Positions 47,936-54,168 of a stretch of DNA of 54,168 nt are shown piece after piece (position 1 is the first letter of the stretch; each line of letters starts with the position of its first letter). Location of the stretch: positions 9,105,575-9,159,742 of the forward strand of contig NC_057749.1 in NCBI RefSeq assembly GCF_004010195.1. The letters run 5' to 3'. Below the pieces are notes generated by a model. The model was not told the origin of the DNA, made no database searches, and saw only the letters and a program-made list of their open reading frames with translations. The translations under genes and the position numbers were made by a program. This DNA is from Chiloscyllium plagiosum (Eukaryota).

Positions 47936-48169
47936 TAGCAGAATGAGGCACTGCAACAGAGTGCAATATTTAACTGAGTGTTACAACACAACTGGGTTTA
48001 ATGCACTGACAGACTTGTCCCACTGCTCCACAAACCGTCACAACTCTAGAAATACCACCTAGGTGATCAATTTGCCCAGCAGAATGCTATTCAGGAAAAA
48101 AAATTCACACCAGGTTTCATCATTAACAGGAAACACCTATTTATTGCAAACAGACTTATTATTTAACAG

Positions 48170-48805
48170 GTGCTTCGGTCCTTGAGAGTGGACTCACAGT
48201 TTGACAGGTTGGTGAAGAAGGCATTGGTCAGAACAGTGAGTATGGAAGTTGGGACATTATGTTATGGCTGTATAGGACATAGGTGAGGCCACTTCTTAAA
48301 TACTGCATACAGGTCGGCTTGCTATAGGAAAGATATTATTAAAGTTGAAAGAGTGCAGAAAAGATTTACAAGGATGTTGCCGGGATTGGAGAGGCTGAAT
48401 AGGCTTGGGGATTTTACCCCCTGGAACATCGGAGGCTGAGGGGTGACCTTACCGAGGTATTTAAATCATGAGGAGGATGGCTAGGTTAAGTAGACAAAGT
48501 ATTTTTCTTGGGGTGGGGGAGTCCAAGACTATAGGTTTGAGGGGAAAGATTTGAGAAGGACCTGAGGGGTAACTTTTTCACACAGAGGGTGGTGTGTGTA
48601 TGGAATGAGCTGCCAGAGGAAGTGGTGGAGGCTGGTACAATTACAACATTTAAAAGGCATCTGGATGGGTACACGAATAATAAGAGTTCAGAGGGGTATG
48701 GGCCAAATGCTGGCAAATGGTATTAGCTCAGATTGGGATGTCTGGTCGGCGCAGTTGAGTTGGACTGAAAGGTCTGTTTCCGTATTGTATGACTCTATGA
48801 CTCTT
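48170..48805 (+). mobile_element. CR1-clade LINE 3' fragment
   Basis: Collinear with the other CR1 copies; ends gactctatgactct. Confidence 0.85.
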
Positions 48806-48923
48806 AAGTGGTAGAGAAAACAAATAAACTACAATGCAGCTTGAACTATATCTCATTAAACCCTCAACACACAAACACTGCCCAGAAAGATTAATCAGAC
48901 CCCAGGTGTAGGTCTCCACTTAT

Positions 48924-48996
48924 TTCGCCGTCAATTTGAATTTGCTGTCCCCGACAGCTCCTACATATCGAGGGCTAAGGACGACAGAAACCTTCG
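48924..48996 (-). CDS. Tentative 5' exon: (A)KVSVVLSPRYVGAVGDSKFKLTA, with non-canonical ATAAGT donor
   Basis: Good acceptor tttgtatttcctgacag; phase 1-2 bridges its neighbours, but the donor reads AA|ataagt. Confidence 0.35.
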
Positions 48997-50204
48997 CTGT
49001 CAGGAAATACAAAAATGAAACAGATGGTTCAATATATCTTGCAAATAACTTAATTAGGATAGTAGAGCTCAATGTTTATCTGGGTGACAACGTTGATTGA
49101 CCAGTGAGACTAGAGAATCCACATTGATGGCAAAACAGGAAGTGAAAATCAGGAACTATTTGCCATTATGGAAGAATTGATATAAAAATCAGGGACATGC
49201 AAGTGGGTGATTAAAAGAGTAACAGAAATACAAAATCATCGAATTTACCCCATAAGGGGCTGGAATAGCACACAGGTAATATTCATTTTTTTCAGGGCCA
49301 GAGAGGATGTTCACCAGTAATTGTGATGTTTTGTGTTATTAAAATCATAGAGAATCCTGATTGTTTCAATCTCAAGCTTCATTGTTCTGACCCATGAAGG
49401 CAACTGTGCCCAATGCCACCTTCACCATCCTGTCAACCTGTGACTCCACTTTCAATCCTGATTGAAACAGCCTCCCATGTGATAACAGTGGGGAACTAGT
49501 TCATGTCTGAACAGTGATTCCAGCTACAAAGGCAGTAATCGTGCAGCCCTGATAAGTGAAGTATATCATGTATTTCAGTGTTTAACTGCATGTGGCATCT
49601 GCTGGTGTTAGCCCATCAGCTTTGTTTCCAACCACAGCCAGCAATGACAGCATAAGCATTTTTGCTATACCAGATACTGGGCCATGGGTAAGGACAGAAG
49701 GATGTGGCTCTGATGCCTCACAATCTTCAACAACCCAGCAGCTGGCATTCACATGAAGAGGGATTTTGGGGTGCGTCTGCGTGTGTGTGCGCGTGTGCAT
49801 CTGTGTCTGTGTCTGTGCGTGTGCGTGTGTGTGTGTCTGCGTGTGCGTGTGGGGGGGGGGGGGTGGTGTTGCTCTGCAGAAATCTTAGGAGGAATAGGGA
49901 GAAACAAATTGACATTTCGGCATATTTCTCAAATTACATCATTAGTGTGTTAAGGACCAGAAATATTCGCAACCCGCAGTGCTAAAAGAGATGGTCTATT
50001 ATTAAGAATAGAGGCAAATGATGACTTGTGATCCTGGGATGCTTTTCAGTTCTAATCACAGAGTGGGTGGACACACTGCCTCAGTAACACGCAGCTGAGT
50101 CATTGAATCGTTTACAAGAATTTGCACCAAGCATTTCCCCAAGTGGGAGGGTAGATTCCAAAGGAAAGTACGAGAACAAGGGACTATTCCAAGACAAAAG
50201 CAAA

Positions 50205-51230
50205 GCACTGAAGACGCAGAAAGTGCTGGAGAAACTCAGCAGGTCTGGCAATGTCTGTGGAGAGAGAAACAAAGTTAAACATTGCAAGCCAATTATGACT
50301 ATTCTAGAGACCTCTCTGTCTTTCTAGCTGGGACTATCCACTGATATTCTTCGCAAACCTAACTCCCACTGCTATCTGAACAACACTTTCTCTTAAGGTG
50401 TTTCCTTTAAGAGTCCATTGTATTCTCCCAGTTTCTCCATTTCTCTCATTATCACAACTCTGACAATGATGCCACCTTCCAGCAGGGGTACCTTTTACTT
50501 CCTTACTGTCCAAGGCTCCAAATGCTCCTTACAGGTGAAACAGTGATTTACCTGTACTTCTTGCAAATTAGGAAGCTGCATTCACTGCTCACTATGCCAT
50601 CTCCTGCACAATGGGAAAATCCAATGTAGACCAAGTGACCGATTTGCAGACTACCTTTTCAAGCGTGACCCAACCTTCTGGTCCCTCGCCATCTAATTAC
50701 ACTAATCTCCCCTCATGCCCGCATTAGTGTCTTAGATTTCTGCAAGAAAGACTACCAGAAGCTGAGATAGCAGCATTTCATTTTCCCTTCAGTCACTTTA
50801 CATCCTCCTGGACTTCAACAACTTCAGACCATGAACTTTGCCCTCCATTTTGCCTACTTGCCTCAACATACTCCCTCTCCTCTCCCCCAACTATCTGCAT
50901 TCCTCAGTTTTGCCTTCAATAGGGAGAGAGGTGACCTAATGTTTTTTCTATTAACACCTACCCTGCATCTATATCACTTCTCAACACGATCACCACTCCT
51001 TTTGCCTTTTGTTCCATGACACCAGTGATCTCAGTTGCCTGCAGTTCCCCCACCTTTCCTTCCATTGGTTCCTCCACCTTTTCTTTCTACAGTATAAAAG
51101 CCATCTCTTTTCCACCTCTCTCTTCTGTTCTAAGGAGTCATGTTGGGTTCAAAATATTACATTCTGTTCCTGTCTCCACAGATGTTGCCAGAGCTGCCGA
51201 GTTTCCCCAGCACTTTCTATTTTTATTACA
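50205..51230 (+). mobile_element. Heavily decayed Penelope-like (Neptune-like) element with an inverted terminal tail
   Basis: 50511-50654 translates QVKQ*FTCTSCKLGSCIHCSLCHLLHNGK...DRFADY, a degraded Cys-containing GIY-YIG; the tail at 51125-51228 is repeated inverted at 50215-50290. Confidence 0.65.
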
Positions 51231-51317
51231 AGTTGGCTGCAAAATAACTGTTACATAAATAACTTGCAGCAAAATATTTCATTCCACACTGTGCTGCAGG
51301 AACACTTGCAGACCTAC

Positions 51318-51356
51318 CAGGCTTTGAAGCAGTCTGGGAGCTGCTGTCTAGATTCC
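51318..51356 (-). CDS. Tentative 39-nt 5' exon: (G)NLDSSSQTASKP
   Basis: ctcatctgcacag acceptor, CTG|gtaggt donor, symmetric exon. Confidence 0.4.
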
Positions 51357-51554
51357 CTGTGCAGATGAGGATTTTAATGATCACAAAGAGTACAGTTTCT
51401 TATCCATTGGCACCACTGAGCTAACCAGACAGACAAACACTTCATATTACAATCGTCTACCCAGATCAACCTGTCCAATCCTGCCCTTGACTAATAAAAT
51501 TTCATTTAATAGCTCATTCCACAATTAGGATGCCCCAATTATTTTATTGCAAAT

Positions 51555-51995
51555 AGAGTCATCGAGTTGGAAACAGCATGGAAACAAACCCTTCGGTCCA
51601 ACTTGTCCATGCCAGTCAGATTCCCTAAGTTAATCTAGTTCCATTTCTTAGCATGTGGCCTATTTCCCTCTAAACCTTTCCTATTCATATACCCATCCAG
51701 ATGCCTTTTAAATGTTGCAATTGTACCTGCCTCCACCACTTCCTTTGGCAGCTCATTCCATACACTCACCATCCTCTGTGTGAAAAGGTTGTCTCTTAGG
51801 TACCTTTTAAGTCTTTCCCCTCTCACCTTAAACACATACCCTCTAGCTTTGGACTCCCCTACCCTTGGAAAAGATCTTGACTATTCACCCTATCCACGTC
51901 CCTCCTGATTTTATAAGGTCACCCCTCAGGCTCTCGCACTCCAGCGAATAGCCCCAGCCTATTCAGTCTTTCCCTATAGCTCAAATCCTCAAACC
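51555..51995 (-). mobile_element. CR1-clade LINE 3' end
   Basis: FKVRGERLKRYLRDNLFTQRMVSVWNELPKEVVEAG. Confidence 0.88.
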
Positions 51996-51999
51996 CTGT

Positions 52000-52194
52000 T
52001 GTAATGATTGAAACCAGGTGGATTTTGTTGACCTGAGACCCTTGATCGGGGTTGTAAACCTGGGCCAATCGGGGAGCCCTGGCTGACAGATAAAAACAGG
52101 GGATACAACTCAGGGACTGATTCTGAGCTAGCTGGCCACATGTAGATAAAGAGTGACTTGTGAAGGGGGTATTAGCCTCTGGACAGTTACTTCA
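52000..52194 (+). mobile_element. Short solo-LTR-like element
   Basis: TGT...CA ends with CCAAT, a TATA-like gataaaa and a polyA-like gataaa; no TSD recognised. Confidence 0.45.
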
Positions 52195-53619
52195 GAAGTT
52201 CTGTTCTCGGTATTGAGACCATTGTAATGCAGGAAACAAGGCTGCCACATTGTACACAGGAAGCTCCCAAAATAAAAAGAAGTGGGGATAATTACCTGGT
52301 TTCTGTGATGTTGAGTGAGGGACAGAGAACTGTCATGGCATTGGCAAGAACTACCTTGCCCTTTTTAAAACATAGTGCCACGGCATCTTTTAGGTTCACT
52401 TGAAGGGGCAACTGGTCTAACATTGCATCAAGAAAACGGTACTCCCAACAGTGAGGCTCCTCCTAAGAACTCCATTGCATGAGTCAGCTTGAATTTCTTT
52501 CCACAAAATGTCCCTTTCCAAATTGTATGCCTAATGTTATATAACTGTTCAAATTTGATATTATGTAAAATGCAACACAGATCGCTTGTTGTCGATGCTG
52601 TGTGTGAGAGAGAGAGAGAGAGAGACACAGAGTGTGTCTCGCTCAATGTGTGCCTTTGTGTGTGTGTGTGTACGCGCGCATGTGCGTGTGCGTGTCTTGC
52701 TGTGTATGTGTGTGCATCTGTGTCTCACTGCGTGTGTGTGCATGAGTTTGTGTCAGTGTCTCACTGTGTGTGCATGCATATGGTTGTGTACATGTAGGTC
52801 TGTGTGTATGTATTTGCACGTGTTTGCGTGTGCATGTAGGTGTTTATCTGTGTGTACGTATTTGCATGCGTGTGCGTGTATCTGTGTCTCGCTCTGTGTG
52901 TGTGCATGTGACTCTGCGTGTGTGTGTGTGTGTGTTCTGAGGTGCTCAAGCACGCTTGGAATTACAGGTTCCTTTGCAATATTCATTACATGTCAAGCAC
53001 ACAGCCCGAGAGGTGTTTACATATCTTTTAGCCCCTCAGGGCTCTGTGTTGAGGGGACCCTAGGTTTTGGCTTTTCCCTGCCTAGCTTCTGCAGCTACAC
53101 TTTTGGTACATCACTCAGCAAATAACCCTAGACCTTGGCCAGTCTACAGCACCAACAGCTCCAGAAGACCAGCAAGTCTCAGGGAGACCAGAGCCTGCCT
53201 TTCACTGAACTGCTCATCCTCCAGCCACAGCTGCTGATTGCTTCAGTACGTCTCCCTGGGAACAGCCTGTGGAGCACAGCCTGTCCTACATCATGGAACT
53301 CGATAAAACCCCCTTTCCAGAAGTGTGCCAACAGGATTCTAAACTTCTCTCAGCCTGCGTCACTGGAGCCCAGTGCAACCAGTTTACACAAACCCGACTG
53401 ACCCGAACCATCTCCTGCTCAATCCATCCTGGTTTCCATCAAATCTGTACCAGATCGGTCGGGCTTTTTATGATTATAGCAGCTCACAGGAGGGAAGAGA
53501 TAACAGAGAAAGATCAGGAATTTGAATGTGTTAATTCTCCCGGATACACTAAAGCAGGCGTGAACACAAATACATTTTACTGAGATGGCAGATATCATCC
53601 AACAAATTCACGCTCCTAC

Positions 53620-53762
53620 CTGCCACTGTCAGACAGATCATAGCAGCGCCTCCAAGCTAACCGCAGCAAGTTGTTTCGTGTCGCATTAACAGCTCCCGGA
53701 CTGTTCACCGTGCAGCAGGGACTGGTCGGATCGAAGCATTTCAGGTCCTCTGGCAGAGAATC
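53620..53762 (-). CDS. Tentative 5' exon: either start-codon exon (ATG at 53641, MICLTVA) or fully coding DSLPEDLKCFDPTSPCC...
   Basis: cactttag acceptor and CAG|gtagga donor in non-repetitive DNA. Confidence 0.4.
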
Positions 53763-54168
53763 CTAAAGTGGTCCGAATGAAAAGGAGGGCTCAGGTCAGA
53801 AAGGAACCGTTCAGCACTCAACAGTGCTCCCTCCTCCACAATCTGAGAGTGAGGTGCTGTGGTTACTGTGCACACTATCAAGATGACAGCTTGCCAGCTT
53901 ACTTAAAGCTGCACTGCTTATATAACGGGTTCAAAATGGTGAGGCAATTTAGGGCCCAATATCTGCCACTGAGTGAGTGTCAGGTTTGCACACATTCGAT
54001 TGGGGTCCGCATTCTCATCCTACACTGCACAGATGCCAGGAGTTGAATTGGACTTGGCACCAAGGGCATGACAGACATTGTGAGTAGGGGGTTTGTTGGC
54101 GGATTGGAGCAGTGACTGAGAGATGGTGGGGATGGAAGCGAGGGAGAGGAGGCGTGGGTGTGGGGTGA

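Noticed and set aside
786..54046. Most ORFs in the six-frame track
   Set aside because: They are translations of SINEs, LINE fragments, microsatellites or antisense frames; only those overlapping the minus-strand exons or the CR1/PLE remnants reflect real coding sequence.

Overview
Repeat-dense eukaryotic genomic DNA, almost certainly from a shark or other chondrichthyan (HE1-type V-SINEs, CR1/HER1-type LINE tails, Deu-domain SINEs). It carries one spliced protein-coding gene on the minus strand that the ORF track largely misses. I reconstructed it by hand from GT-AG boundaries and codon phase: 14 phase-matched exons from 46228 to 24684 (about 663 codons), a less certain set of small exons, three more good exons (13606-13701, 6198-6239, 2308-2439) and tentative 5' exons at 53762-48924. 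The product is an E/Q/L/K-rich coiled-coil protein of at least about 820-860 aa that continues past the left edge; I cannot name it. The introns are packed with SINEs, LINE fragments, two solo LTRs with 4-bp TSDs, MITEs and satellites. The most interesting signal is a large set of short Penelope-like (PLE) tail elements that carry minimal type I hammerhead ribozyme motifs (CUGANGA...GAAA, palindromic ACGU or AGCU helix III). At least three sequence families are present, often as fold-back inverted pairs with 10-16 bp target duplications. Two copies are identical over 88 nt, one appears heterozygous at an assembly gap, and one sits in a Pol III B box. Repeat boundaries are approximate unless defined by a TSD or TIR. 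All calls are from reading the sequence; no searches were run.
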